A stretch of 64,000 nucleotides of DNA, taken from the NCBI GenBank assembly GCA_038893835.1, contig JAWAQR010000002.1, positions 2,632 to 66,631 of the forward strand. The letters are read 5' to 3'. Positions within the stretch are counted from its first letter, which is position 1. Every line of letters begins with the position of its first letter. The stretch is from Archaeoglobaceae archaeon (lineage in GTDB: Archaea > Halobacteriota > Archaeoglobi > Archaeoglobales > Archaeoglobaceae). A program made the translations under genes and the position numbers. The notes beneath the pieces were generated by a model, which saw nothing but the letters and a program-made list of their open reading frames with translations, was not told where the DNA came from and did no database searches. Below are positions 41,138 to 50,940 of the stretch, piece by piece.

Positions 41138-41473
41138 TTGTTCGTGTGGCAAAGAAGGCATAGATGTGGAAAGCGTGGTAGATGCCCAAAGCCTGTGATG
41201 CTCGACTCATTTCCAACAATTCAGGACCTCATACCCGCTCCGCTGGTGAATTCAGAACCAGTTTTTCTTGATCTTGCAGAATTTGAAGTTCTAAGACTGA
41301 TCGAACTCGAGGATCTTTCTCAGGAAGAGGCTGGAAAAAGAATGGGCGTCTCAAGGGGTACAGTATGGAGACTGCTCAAAAGTGGTAGAAAAAAGCTCGT
41401 AAAAGCGTTGGTTGAAGGAAGACCTATAAAAATTGTCCACGGGAGCTTGGAGAATTCAGAAGAAAAATTTTGA
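41138..41473 (+). CDS. DUF134/UPF0251 family DNA-binding protein (sigma-70 region-4-like HTH)
   Basis: 111 aa with a basic Cys-containing N-terminus RRHRCGKRGRCPKP and EFEVLRLIELEDLSQEEAGKRMGVSRGTVWRLLKSGRKKL. Non-ATG (TTG/GTG) start. Confidence 0.75.
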   Translation: MFVWQRRHRCGKRGRCPKPVMLDSFPTIQDLIPAPLVNSEPVFLDLAEFEVLRLIELEDLSQEEAGKRMGVSRGTVWRLLKSGRKKLVKALVEGRPIKIVHGSLENSEEKF

Positions 41474-41847
41474 GAATCTAACATTTTTAGAAATACCTTA
41501 TATGTTTCAAATTGACTTCTTTTATAATTAGACTACAAAACTTTTCGCCATTTTGGGAGTTATACAGTGGGTTTTGCAGTAGAATGAAGTTACAGTTTAT
41601 GTTTTCAAGAATGGATTTATTGTAGACTGGTTCTTTGTAATTGCAATCCCCGAAAATTCTGTTGAGATGAAAGAGAAGTTAGAAGATGAGATCCCTTCAA
41701 TTTGCCAAGTATTGCTACACCTTCTGCGACCTCTTTTGCCTTAGCTCGGCTATTTAGCTTTACAACATTGACTTCAAACTTGGAAAGAAAGTGTTCAATT
41801 TCTTTTTTAGCATCGCTAAAGAATTTTATAAGTCAATCTCCAAAATC

Positions 41848-43023
41848 TCAGCGAAGTTCGTCCCATTTCCTTTTTCTTCTAAACTTCAATCCCAAGAAAA
41901 TAACTGCTATTGCCACAATTACTGCTCCAATTATGGCAAAGTGTTGGAGAGATAAACTTGGAATTGGGATCCACAAACTCCGGAGTTTTTCTGCTTCAGA
42001 GTTGAGTAAGGATATGAAGTTTGTGAGCTTTGTGATCAAAGAAGTAGAGTTTACCTCTATCTTCCTCAAAGTCTCTATCGCTTTTGTAAACTCTTTCCTA
42101 TCCATTAAGGATTCAACGCTCCTCATCAAATCCTTAAGGGCGCTGAATTCATTTTCAAGCGTTTTTTGCTCAATTGCGAGCTGCGTATAGTTGCTGTGAG
42201 TCTTAAGTTTTTCAAGCAAAACAGAAGAATTCATGAGCATTTTTTGGATTTCAGAAAGCTTTAAATTCACTTTAGAGTATAGATCTTCTGCAATCTTTTT
42301 GTTTGTCAAATCTACGAGTTGATTTAATGAATTGTTCGCATCTAAAAGCTTCGCATTTGCATCTAAGAACCTTTTAGCTATTAAATATGATTCTGCGGAA
42401 TCTATTGTTCTTTTGACATTGTTAAAATCTTCCTCGTTGTAAAGGTTTTCAGCCCTTAGTTTTTGCTCCAACTCGCTCAGCTTCGCCCTTAAGGACTTTA
42501 TGTCGTTCTTAAACGCATTTTCGTTTGCGACACAGATCTTTAATTCTGGAAGGGCATCTCTTTCACAATCTTCGCAGCTCGCCTTAATGGCAGTGAAGTT
42601 GCAAAGCCTAACGCTACAAATCGGAACTATTGCAGTGAGATTTGCAGATATCTTTGCAATTCCCTTTACTTCTCCCCCAATTGCAAAATACTTAGCTTCG
42701 ATTGAGACTTCTTTACCACTCTTTTCCTCATCCCATACTCCGCCTTGATAATAATCGACAGCAAGTCTCCATAAAGCATCGTTTAGATCAGTTTTAAAAT
42801 AATAAGACCTTGCATTAGCTTCTTCTCCACCTAAAAGAGGTCTGTAGGCAGAAGATTTTGGTAAAATTTCGTATTTTATGCTTATTTTTTCTCCACCTGT
42901 GAAACATTCCTCCTTTGGAGATATCTCGTATTCGACGGTAAAATGCTGACTCGACAAAGTTTCCAAAGCTAGGGATGGGAAAGTTAGGAGTACTAGAGCT
43001 GCTAACACTGCAACAGACCGCAT
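41848..43023 (-). CDS. cell-surface protein: signal peptide - globular ectodomain - long coiled coil - C-terminal TM anchor
   Basis: 391 aa with N-terminal AVLAALVLLTFPSLA, Cys-containing and NxS/T-rich ectodomain, a heptad-rich second half, and C-terminal FAIIGAVIVAIAVIFLGLKFRRKRK. Confidence 0.65.
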   Translation of the reverse strand: MRSVAVLAALVLLTFPSLALETLSSQHFTVEYEISPKEECFTGGEKISIKYEILPKSSAYRPLLGGEEANARSYYFKTDLNDALWRLAVDYYQGGVWDEEKSGKEVSIEAKYFAIGGEVKGIAKISANLTAIVPICSVRLCNFTAIKASCEDCERDALPELKICVANENAFKNDIKSLRAKLSELEQKLRAENLYNEEDFNNVKRTIDSAESYLIAKRFLDANAKLLDANNSLNQLVDLTNKKIAEDLYSKVNLKLSEIQKMLMNSSVLLEKLKTHSNYTQLAIEQKTLENEFSALKDLMRSVESLMDRKEFTKAIETLRKIEVNSTSLITKLTNFISLLNSEAEKLRSLWIPIPSLSLQHFAIIGAVIVAIAVIFLGLKFRRKRKWDELR

Positions 43024-43151
43024 ATTACGTTTTTTTCAACAGGAAATTTAAAATTTTCCAATGATCTTTCATAACATCAAGTCTTAATTCCAAGCGTTTC
43101 AGGCTGTGAATTTCAAGAGAATTTTTAAATTCCGAAATCCGATTTCGTGCC

Positions 43152-44732
43152 ATGAAAGTATTAGTAGCAGAACAGATCAGCGAAAGCGCGATAGAATTTA
43201 TGAAAAGTAATGGACTTGAAGTTGATGTAAAACTAGGAATGAAAAAAAGTGATCTTCTAAATGTTATTCAAGATTACGATGCATTGATTGTAAGAAGTCA
43301 GTTAAAGGTAGATAAGGAGGTAATTGAAAAAGGAAAAAGACTCAAGATAATTGCAAGGGCTGGAGTAGGTGTAGATAACATCGATGTCGATGCAGCAACG
43401 CAGCGTGGGATTGTTGTGATCAACGCACCAGGTGGAAACACGGTTTCGACTGCAGAGCATGCAATAGCCTTAATGTTCGCAGTTGCCCGTAAAATACCAC
43501 AGGCCTATCTTTCGATGAGAGGGGGTAAATGGGAGAGAAAAAAATTTGAGGGTATAGAATTAAGGGGAAAAACTGTTGGAATCATAGGTCTTGGAAGGGT
43601 TGGTTATGAGGTTGCGAAACGTTGTAAGGCTCTAGATATGAACGTGATAGCCTTTGATCCATATATCCCAGCTGAGAGAGCTCAAAAGATTGGTGTTAAA
43701 CTTGTCGACTTGGATACGCTTTTGCGAGAATCGGATATAATCACAGTCCATGTCCCTAAGACAAAAGAAACGGTCGGTCTAATAGGAAAGAGGGAAATAG
43801 AACTCATGAAGAATGGAGTAATCATAATAAACACAGCCAGAGGGGGAATAGTGAGTGAGGATGCGCTGATAGAGGGATTGAGGAGTGGAAAGATATTTGG
43901 AGTTGGTTTAGACGTTTACGAAGTTGAACCGCCCAACTTTGAAAGTCCGCTTTTCAAATTCGAAAACGTCATAACAACCCCACACATTGCAGCTTCAACG
44001 AGAGAAGCACAGGAGAGTGTTGGAAGAATAATTGCAGAAGATATAGTCAATTTTGCAAAGGGGTTGCCTGCAAAGAATGCCATAAACCTACCGCCTATAG
44101 AGCCTTCAGAATTCGAATTCTTAATGCCTTACGCAATTCTCGCAGAAAAAATGGGTAAAATAGCCAGCGCTAGACTTGGTGGAGTTATAAGGAGAGTAAA
44201 AATGATTTTTAGCGGAAAAATAGCTGAAAAGAATACTGAATTCATCGTAAGATCGCTTTTAAAGGGATTGCTTGAAAGAACTCTGGGAATGGGTATAAAC
44301 TTAGTATCGGCAAGAAGTATAGCTGAGGAAAGAGGAATAAAAGTTGAAATTTCGCTTGGCAAAAGCGAGTATTATGAAAGTTTGTTGGAAGTTGAGGTTG
44401 AGACTGAAAAAGGAAAGATTTACTTCGCTGGGACTTGTTTTGGGAAGGAATACAGACTTCTGAAAATAGATGTCTATCATGTCAATTTCATTCCAAAAGG
44501 GCATTACATAATATCCCTGCACGAAGACAAGCCAGGAGTCATAGGGAGAGTTGGAACTTTATTTGGTAAGAACAACATAAACATCGCCGGAATGATAGTA
44601 GGTAGAAGTGGTGACAAGCCTGGAGGGGTGCAGTTAATGCTCCTACTCGTCGATGATCCTCCAAGTGAAGAAGTGCTGAGAGAAATGACAAGGCTGGATG
44701 GCATCATAGATGCAACCTATGTCGAGCTGTGA
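43152..44732 (+). CDS. serA: D-3-phosphoglycerate dehydrogenase (long form with ASB and ACT domains)
   Basis: 526 aa with the NAD fold GIIGLGRVGYEVA, catalytic R/E/H pattern (NTARGG...HIAAST), and a C-terminal ACT domain. Confidence 0.93.
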   Translation: MKVLVAEQISESAIEFMKSNGLEVDVKLGMKKSDLLNVIQDYDALIVRSQLKVDKEVIEKGKRLKIIARAGVGVDNIDVDAATQRGIVVINAPGGNTVSTAEHAIALMFAVARKIPQAYLSMRGGKWERKKFEGIELRGKTVGIIGLGRVGYEVAKRCKALDMNVIAFDPYIPAERAQKIGVKLVDLDTLLRESDIITVHVPKTKETVGLIGKREIELMKNGVIIINTARGGIVSEDALIEGLRSGKIFGVGLDVYEVEPPNFESPLFKFENVITTPHIAASTREAQESVGRIIAEDIVNFAKGLPAKNAINLPPIEPSEFEFLMPYAILAEKMGKIASARLGGVIRRVKMIFSGKIAEKNTEFIVRSLLKGLLERTLGMGINLVSARSIAEERGIKVEISLGKSEYYESLLEVEVETEKGKIYFAGTCFGKEYRLLKIDVYHVNFIPKGHYIISLHEDKPGVIGRVGTLFGKNNINIAGMIVGRSGDKPGGVQLMLLLVDDPPSEEVLREMTRLDGIIDATYVEL

Positions 44733-44733
44733 A

Positions 44734-45354
44734 ATGTACAAAGCAGAGCTCCACGTTCATTCGAATTTCAGCGATGGAAGGGATAGTGTAAGAAAATTGC
44801 TTGAAGAGGCTTTGAGAAAAAGGATCGAACTGATTTCAATAACGGACCACAACACGATTCAAGGATCGCTCGAAGCCATGGACATCGTGATCGAGGAAAA
44901 AATACCCATTGTGGTCATACCTGGGATAGAAGTGTCAACTTCTACAGGTCATCTGCTCGTGTTCGGGCTAGTTAAAGATATAGAGCCTGGGCTTTCTATG
45001 AGGGAAACGTGTGGAATTGCGAAATCCCTTGATTGCATAACTGCGTTAGCTCATCCATTTGACATCTTTCGTAAAGGGAGTTTAAAGATTGAAGATTTTA
45101 AGATCGTCGATTGCGTCGAGGTTTTCAATGCGAAGAGCTATTTTAATTTCCTTGCAAAAAGATATGCAGAGAAATTTGGAAAAAGAGGCATTGGTGGAAG
45201 CGATGCGCATGCAGCAAATCAGATAGGTTTAGTCGTGAATTACCTTGAAATTCCCGAAAAAAATGCAATTCTTAAAGCTTTCTTTGATGGAAGAAAGCAG
45301 AGAATCAGGGAAAGAGTGATTTCTCTACTATCTCGGATAAATCCAAAACCTTGA
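44734..45354 (+). CDS. PHP-domain metal-dependent phosphoesterase
   Basis: MYKAELHVHSNFSDGRDS...ISITDHNT...GSDAHA. I chose ATG 44734, just after the serA stop, over the tracked 44710. Confidence 0.8.
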   Translation: MYKAELHVHSNFSDGRDSVRKLLEEALRKRIELISITDHNTIQGSLEAMDIVIEEKIPIVVIPGIEVSTSTGHLLVFGLVKDIEPGLSMRETCGIAKSLDCITALAHPFDIFRKGSLKIEDFKIVDCVEVFNAKSYFNFLAKRYAEKFGKRGIGGSDAHAANQIGLVVNYLEIPEKNAILKAFFDGRKQRIRERVISLLSRINPKP

Positions 45355-46363
45355 TCCTACCTCCACCAGTTCTGGAAAAGTTATACTCGCAGAATGGACA
45401 GGAAGTTATAACAACATTCGTTCCCGTCGAAAGGATTTCTCTTATTCTTTCTTCACAGATCGCAATTGAGATGTCCTTGAACTGACTCCTCAAACCCCCT
45501 CCTGCCCCACAACACAGAGAGAATTCTCTATTTCTTTCCATCTCGATCAGTTTTATCCCAACTTTTCTTATGACTTTCCTCGGTTCCTCATAAATTCCCA
45601 TATGTCTCCCTAGATGACATGGGTCGTGATAAGTTGCGATAAGATCTAATTTTCCCTCCACGAGCTCTGCAAAGACTGAAGAAATATGTTTGACTTCGAA
45701 ATTGAACTCGTAACCTAGTTCTCTGGCAAATATGGGATAATCCTTAGAAATCGTCTTATAGCAACCAGGACAGGAAGTTATTATCTCCTCTATTCCAGCC
45801 TTTTCCCAGACATGAATGTTCTTTTTGAAAAGATATCTTCCAACATCCCTTTGTCCAGTCCTCAAAAATAGTGAACCGCAGCAGAATTCTGAAGAGCCGA
45901 GAATGGTGAATTCCACTCCTAGCTTTCTCAAAGCATTTGCAGAAGCTTTTGCTATGTTTTGAAGCTTATAACTCGCAGTACATCCAGCGAAGTAAAGGAT
46001 TTTAGATTTTTTAACTTTAAAATCTAGCCATTCAGCTCTTTTCTCTGGATTGCCACCGTATGGATTATAATCCCTTAAAGTCATATCTCTAAGCTTCTTG
46101 TGAATCGGCAAAGGTGCAAATTTTCTTTCCACCAGTTCTTCTCTCTTTTTTTCCCAAAATTCTGTGAGACGAAGATTTACTGGGCAAATAATTTCGCATA
46201 AACCACATATACTGCACTTAAAGAAATCTTTAACCATTCTAGCATCTATTTTCACATTTTTATTGAAAATAGATATTTTTCCTCTTGGCGATACAGATTC
46301 AATTTTTTCAACTCTGAAAACCGGACAAATGTTACAGAGACCGCATTTTATGCATTCAGCCAT
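45305..46363 (-). CDS. Fe-S oxidoreductase subunit with two CCG domains (GlcF/HdrD-like)
   Basis: 352 aa with CIKCGLCNICP and CSICGLCEIICP ferredoxin motifs plus two CCG-type Cys motifs (EFCCGS, SLCCGAGGG). Confidence 0.8.
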   Translation of the reverse strand: MAECIKCGLCNICPVFRVEKIESVSPRGKISIFNKNVKIDARMVKDFFKCSICGLCEIICPVNLRLTEFWEKKREELVERKFAPLPIHKKLRDMTLRDYNPYGGNPEKRAEWLDFKVKKSKILYFAGCTASYKLQNIAKASANALRKLGVEFTILGSSEFCCGSLFLRTGQRDVGRYLFKKNIHVWEKAGIEEIITSCPGCYKTISKDYPIFARELGYEFNFEVKHISSVFAELVEGKLDLIATYHDPCHLGRHMGIYEEPRKVIRKVGIKLIEMERNREFSLCCGAGGGLRSQFKDISIAICEERIREILSTGTNVVITSCPFCEYNFSRTGGGRIKVLDLSEIVEKSLFP

Positions 46364-47583
46364 AAAAATCTCTCTAAAATGGAAATTGTGATAGAGAACG
46401 CATTCCAGCCAATTTTCCCTGGATTTAAAAGGTTCTTTGGATCAACTCTCCTCTTATATCTCCTTAATTCTTCGTCACATTTGTGTGAAAAAAACATTCC
46501 TTTAGCGTAAACTTCCCCACCCAGCTTTTCGGCAATCTTGACGAGCTTTAGAGCTTTCAGCATATTCCCATAACTGGCGCTGAAAGTGGAAATGAAGACG
46601 ACACAATCTCGAGTGAACACAGCTTCAACACCTTCTGAAATATTTCTAGCATAGTTAAAGAATTCTTCTGCCTTCTCATACGGAACACATGTTTCTGAGA
46701 ATATTTTCTTTTTTCTTTCAACAATTTTAAGCGGAGTAAGTCTTTTTCTCCACAATTCCTCTCCCATTTCATTGTTCTCACCATTTTCTGAACAGATTAG
46801 AAGAGTATCTCCAAGCTTGTATCCCTCAAGTCTTAGGTACTTTGAATCCTTAAAGCTTGCATGATATGCGTTTTTGATTTTTGAAATAGCTTCCTTAAAA
46901 CTACTCTCTATCGCCAAACTAGAGATTTCAGAGTTTTTTCTAAGCTTTATACAAGCCTTTGTGATCAAGCCAGTAGCGCCAGAGGCTCCAACGTAGTACT
47001 TTAACTCATCTCCCTTAACGATCTTTACACCCTCAAAATCCACAACTTCTAACCATTCAACGTTATCCTTTATACCCCCATACCTCAAACTTCCAATCCC
47101 AAATCCACCCTGCGCAATCCAGCCACCAACAGTTGAGACTAACGCACTAGTTGGATAAATTCGAAGTGCTTCCCCTCTTTTTCTCGCCTCTCTTTCTATA
47201 TCTATCCAAATTGCCCCGCTTTCCGCAATCACCTTGCCATCCTGAAATTCGAATCTTGACATTTTTTTAAAGTCGACGATTACGCAGCTTTTAAGAGGAA
47301 CGCTTCCACCGTAAGCAGAAGTTGCCGAGCCCCTAGGGACCAGCGGTATTTCATATCTCTCACAAAGTTTAAGTATCTGCAAGAGATCTTCGACAGAACT
47401 TGGCTGCACGACGATTACAGGTTTTTTTATGAAGCTTGAAAATAACTTCGGAATGAAAGAAAAATCATAGCAATAAATCTTTAAAATTTCCGGGTGATCC
47501 TCAACCTTCCCTAGCTTCGAGAAGATTTCTCTAAATCCCACAAGTTTTGTAGTCTTAACATTAAATAACTTTTTGCATAACAA
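46348..47583 (-). CDS. FAD-binding oxidase (GlcD / D-lactate dehydrogenase family)
   Basis: 411 aa with a PCMH-type FAD domain (VVQPSSVEDLLQILKLCERYEIPLVPRGSATSAYGGSVP). Overlaps the Fe-S subunit gene by 16 nt. Confidence 0.8.
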   Translation of the reverse strand: MLCKKLFNVKTTKLVGFREIFSKLGKVEDHPEILKIYCYDFSFIPKLFSSFIKKPVIVVQPSSVEDLLQILKLCERYEIPLVPRGSATSAYGGSVPLKSCVIVDFKKMSRFEFQDGKVIAESGAIWIDIEREARKRGEALRIYPTSALVSTVGGWIAQGGFGIGSLRYGGIKDNVEWLEVVDFEGVKIVKGDELKYYVGASGATGLITKACIKLRKNSEISSLAIESSFKEAISKIKNAYHASFKDSKYLRLEGYKLGDTLLICSENGENNEMGEELWRKRLTPLKIVERKKKIFSETCVPYEKAEEFFNYARNISEGVEAVFTRDCVVFISTFSASYGNMLKALKLVKIAEKLGGEVYAKGMFFSHKCDEELRRYKRRVDPKNLLNPGKIGWNAFSITISILERFLWLNA

Positions 47584-47658
47584 TAAAAAATTAAAAAAGT
47601 TTATTAACTATTAACAAAATCGTCTAAATGACACAAACGAAAAATTTATATTGCTACT

Positions 47659-48465
47659 TTGAAACTAACTGACATGATAGGGAAAAGGATTAGATTGGAA
47701 AGGATAATAGACAGGAATACCAAGCATACAGTCATCGTTCCCATGGACCATGGAGTCTCGATGGGGCCAATAGAAGGGTTACAGAACTTGACAAAAACGA
47801 TAAACGCCGTAGCAGAAGGAGGGGCAAATGCAGTAGTTGTTCATAAAGGAATCGTTGCTTATGGGCATCGAGGTTATGGGAAAGATATTGGCTTAATAAT
47901 ACACCTAAGCGCATCTACGATGCTTTCGCCGGATCCGAATGAAAAGGTTTTAGTTTGCACAGTTGAGGAAGCGATAAAACTTGGAGCAGATGGTGTCAGC
48001 ATACACGTAAACATAGGGAGCAAAACAGAGGCTGAGCAATTAAAAATGCTTGGAGAAATATCGAGAATTTGCGCTGATTGGGGAATGCCCCTTCTTGCAA
48101 TGATGTATCCAAGGGGGGAAAAGATAAACCAGTTTGATCCAAAAGCAGTGGCTCTTGCTGCCAGAGTTGGTGCGGAGCTTGGGGCAGATATAGTTAAAAC
48201 GAACTTCACTGGAGATGTGGAGAGTTTCAAAAAAGTAGTTGAAGGTTGTCCAGTTCCAATAGTTATCGCTGGAGGTCCAAAGATGGGAAGTAGCGAAGAG
48301 TTGCTGCAAATGGTCAGAATGGCCATGGATGCTGGAGCCAAAGGTGTTGCCATTGGAAGAAATATATTCCAGGCAGATAACCCGACAAAGATGACCAGAG
48401 CTATAGCGATGATAGTTCACGAAAATGCAGATGTAAAGACAGCCTTGGAGTATCTGCGAAGCTAA
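47659..48465 (+). CDS. 2-amino-3,7-dideoxy-D-threo-hept-6-ulosonate synthase (MJ0400-type class I aldolase; alternative aromatic amino-acid pathway)
   Basis: Nearly colinear, from memory, with MJ0400: [70 protein letters not shown]. The start is TTG 47659 or ATG 47674. Confidence 0.8.
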   Translation: MKLTDMIGKRIRLERIIDRNTKHTVIVPMDHGVSMGPIEGLQNLTKTINAVAEGGANAVVVHKGIVAYGHRGYGKDIGLIIHLSASTMLSPDPNEKVLVCTVEEAIKLGADGVSIHVNIGSKTEAEQLKMLGEISRICADWGMPLLAMMYPRGEKINQFDPKAVALAARVGAELGADIVKTNFTGDVESFKKVVEGCPVPIVIAGGPKMGSSEELLQMVRMAMDAGAKGVAIGRNIFQADNPTKMTRAIAMIVHENADVKTALEYLRS

Positions 48466-49196
48466 TCTATCTCCTCAATTTTTAACCTCCACAGAGAATT
48501 GATTTTAGTCGCAAACTTTGGATTTTTGAACCTGGATATCAACTTAAAATCCCTGGGATAACCGATGAATGGATCAACTGTGAGTTTCTCAGGATTTACA
48601 ACCCATACCTTTGCTTTTGCCATTTTAAAGTTTTCAGAGTGAATCTTGAAGAACTTGATGAACTCATCTGGTTTCTCTTCAATTTTCACGGCAACAACGT
48701 ATTCTCCATCAAAGCTTGAAGATAAATTAATATGCATATCCACATCTTCAAAGGCATAACGGATTGTCGAAAAGAAGACTGCATAGCGATTTTTATCTGA
48801 ATATATTCTCAAAAAATGCCCCTCTTTATCGTAACCTTCAAAGAATTTGTCTACTGAAGCCATCATCGCATCTAGTTTGCTTAAAAAGTTTTTTGCATGG
48901 ATGTACTCCTCATAAGCCTTGATGAAATCCTCTTTTGTTGGAGCTACGGTGTGTAAGTGGTAGAAGCTTATTCCATTTATCTCAACCTTTTCTGAAAAGT
49001 GTAAACTCTTCAAAGTTATTGGGCAATCTAGAAAACTGCAAACAACTTCTTTCAAATCATTTTCACTGAAATATATAGCTTTTAGCCCCAAAGCTTTCAA
49101 AGCAGAGCGAATCGCTTTTACTTTTAACTCCTCCTCAGTCACAACCACTTTGTTGGAAAGAGATTCTGAGAGTTTTTCGATCACTTCTACTTCCAC
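48462..49196 (-). CDS. hypothetical protein
   Basis: 244-aa ORF with coding-like composition. No motif recognised. Confidence 0.5.
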   Translation of the reverse strand: MEVEVIEKLSESLSNKVVVTEEELKVKAIRSALKALGLKAIYFSENDLKEVVCSFLDCPITLKSLHFSEKVEINGISFYHLHTVAPTKEDFIKAYEEYIHAKNFLSKLDAMMASVDKFFEGYDKEGHFLRIYSDKNRYAVFFSTIRYAFEDVDMHINLSSSFDGEYVVAVKIEEKPDEFIKFFKIHSENFKMAKAKVWVVNPEKLTVDPFIGYPRDFKLISRFKNPKFATKINSLWRLKIEEID

Positions 49197-49244
49197 AGAT
49201 CTTGTAAGGCTAAAGCTTTTAATATTTTTCTCTACACTTTTTTT

Positions 49245-50180
49245 ATGCGAGTAAGAACCGGTTCACGAATTCACATAACTCTCATAGACATGAACGCAAG
49301 CATTGGAAGAGTCGACGGTGGTGTAGGTATTGCTTTGGATGAGCCAAAGATTGAAATAAAGGCCTTTAGGAGTGATAAAGTCGTTGTTAAAGGTGATTCC
49401 GAAAATTTTGAAAGATTTTATACAGTTGCCAATAAAATGAAAAATTTTTTTGGAAAAGGAATCGAAATCGAAATTCTTTCCGATTACAAAGCACATGTGG
49501 GTCTTGGAAGTGGAACTCAAATAGCTTTAGCTGTTGGTAAAGCCTATTCAGAAATTTACAACCTTGGATTGAGTGTCAGGAAGATTGCTGAGCTCCTCAA
49601 CAGAGGTGGAACCTCTGGAATTGGCGTATCAGCTTTTGAATATGGTGGATTTTTGGTCGATGGAGGACATTCTTGGAAAGAGAAGGGGAGTTTTTTACCA
49701 TCTTCTTTCAGCAAAGCTAAACCTGCACCGCTTATTTCTAGATTGGAGTTTCCAGACTGGAAAATTGTGGTTGCAATACCAAGGTTAAGCGGCGCATATG
49801 GTGTTGGAGAACTTGAACTGTTTAAAAAATCCTGCCCCGTGCCAATTGAAGAGGTAAGAGAGCTCTGCCATATAATACTCATGAAACTGCTTCCATCTGT
49901 AGTCGAGAGTGATCTTGACTCTTTTCTTAGCGCAATTAGAAGGATACAGCAAATAGGTTTTAAAAAGGCTGAAGTTGAAAGATATGGGAGAATAATAAAG
50001 GATTTACTGGATTTACTACCTTTCGGAATGAGCTCAACTGGTCCAAGCGTTTATACTGTAACGGACAGCGATGCTAGAAAAATGGCAGTTGAGGTGGAAA
50101 ATTACTTCAGCGAGAGAGGGATAGATTGTGAAGTGATAATAACAAAAGCTAGAAATAGGGGTGCAGAAGTTGAAGTATAA
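49245..50180 (+). CDS. beta-ribofuranosylaminobenzene 5'-phosphate synthase (GHMP-kinase fold; methanopterin biosynthesis)
   Basis: 311 aa with the N-terminus RVRTGSRIHITLIDMN...GRVDGGVGIAL and the GHMP motif HVGLGSGTQIALAV. Confidence 0.8.
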   Translation: MRVRTGSRIHITLIDMNASIGRVDGGVGIALDEPKIEIKAFRSDKVVVKGDSENFERFYTVANKMKNFFGKGIEIEILSDYKAHVGLGSGTQIALAVGKAYSEIYNLGLSVRKIAELLNRGGTSGIGVSAFEYGGFLVDGGHSWKEKGSFLPSSFSKAKPAPLISRLEFPDWKIVVAIPRLSGAYGVGELELFKKSCPVPIEEVRELCHIILMKLLPSVVESDLDSFLSAIRRIQQIGFKKAEVERYGRIIKDLLDLLPFGMSSTGPSVYTVTDSDARKMAVEVENYFSERGIDCEVIITKARNRGAEVEV

Positions 50181-50940
50181 TCTATGGTTCGGAACACTTG
50201 AAAAAGATTTAAAGATCTCCGAAAACTTTGAGAGTAGTTTTCTTTCTGCAGTAAATCATTCACCTTTACCCTTCAATCTTTCAGAATTCGGAATGAAGTT
50301 ACTTGGAAAGAATTATTACCGAATTCTAAGAAAGGTTGCGATCGAAATCGCTGAAAAGAGAATCAAAGAGGAATTGGGGAGTGATGAAAAATACGTGATA
50401 GCATTGGTAAAAGCGCTGGATGGAGTTGAGGAGGCCATAAACATCGTAAAAGAGAAAAGGGATGATTTAAAAGATATAAGAGATACCATACTCGGAAACT
50501 TTGAAGATGCAATTAAAGAACTCGAAAAGCTCAGGGATGAGATAGAAAAGGAAATAAATGCTACTATGCATAAAATAGCGCCAAATTTAACTGAGATAGC
50601 AGGATATAAAATAGGTGCGAAGCTCATCGAAAAATTCGGAAGCTTAAAGAAATTGGCTTTTTCCAATGCGAATAAAATCCAGATTGCTGGGGCTGAAAAA
50701 AGTTTATACAAAGCTCTTACAAGGATAAAAAAAGGAAAAGAAGCTAAAATACCGAAGCATGGTATAATATTCCTACACAGCTTTGTTAGGAGTTTACCGA
50801 AGAAGAAAAGAGGGAAGATGGCAAGATTTTTGGCTTCTAAAATATCCATAGCTTCAAAAATAGACTACTTCAGAGGTGAACTCGAAGAAGGTTTATTCGA
50901 ATCTTTAAAAAGGAAGTTTGAGGAGTTGAGGAGGAAATGA
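50161..50940 (+). CDS. nop5: C/D box sRNP core protein Nop5 (Nop56/58 family), short form
   Basis: Nop domain: APNLTEIAGYKIGAKLIEKFGSLKKLAFSNANKIQIAGAEKSLYKAL...PKHGIIFLHSFV. GTG/TTG start, overlapping the upstream gene. Followed by fibrillarin. Confidence 0.85.
   Translation: MQKLKYNLWFGTLEKDLKISENFESSFLSAVNHSPLPFNLSEFGMKLLGKNYYRILRKVAIEIAEKRIKEELGSDEKYVIALVKALDGVEEAINIVKEKRDDLKDIRDTILGNFEDAIKELEKLRDEIEKEINATMHKIAPNLTEIAGYKIGAKLIEKFGSLKKLAFSNANKIQIAGAEKSLYKALTRIKKGKEAKIPKHGIIFLHSFVRSLPKKKRGKMARFLASKISIASKIDYFRGELEEGLFESLKRKFEELRRK

Noticed and set aside
40416-43151. Possible integrated element at tRNA-Arg(TCG)
   Set aside because: Within the window I found no direct repeat of the tRNA 3' half and no integrase, only a decayed ATPase stub and small conserved-family genes. 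I kept it as a low-key remark inside a finding, not as a mobile-element call.
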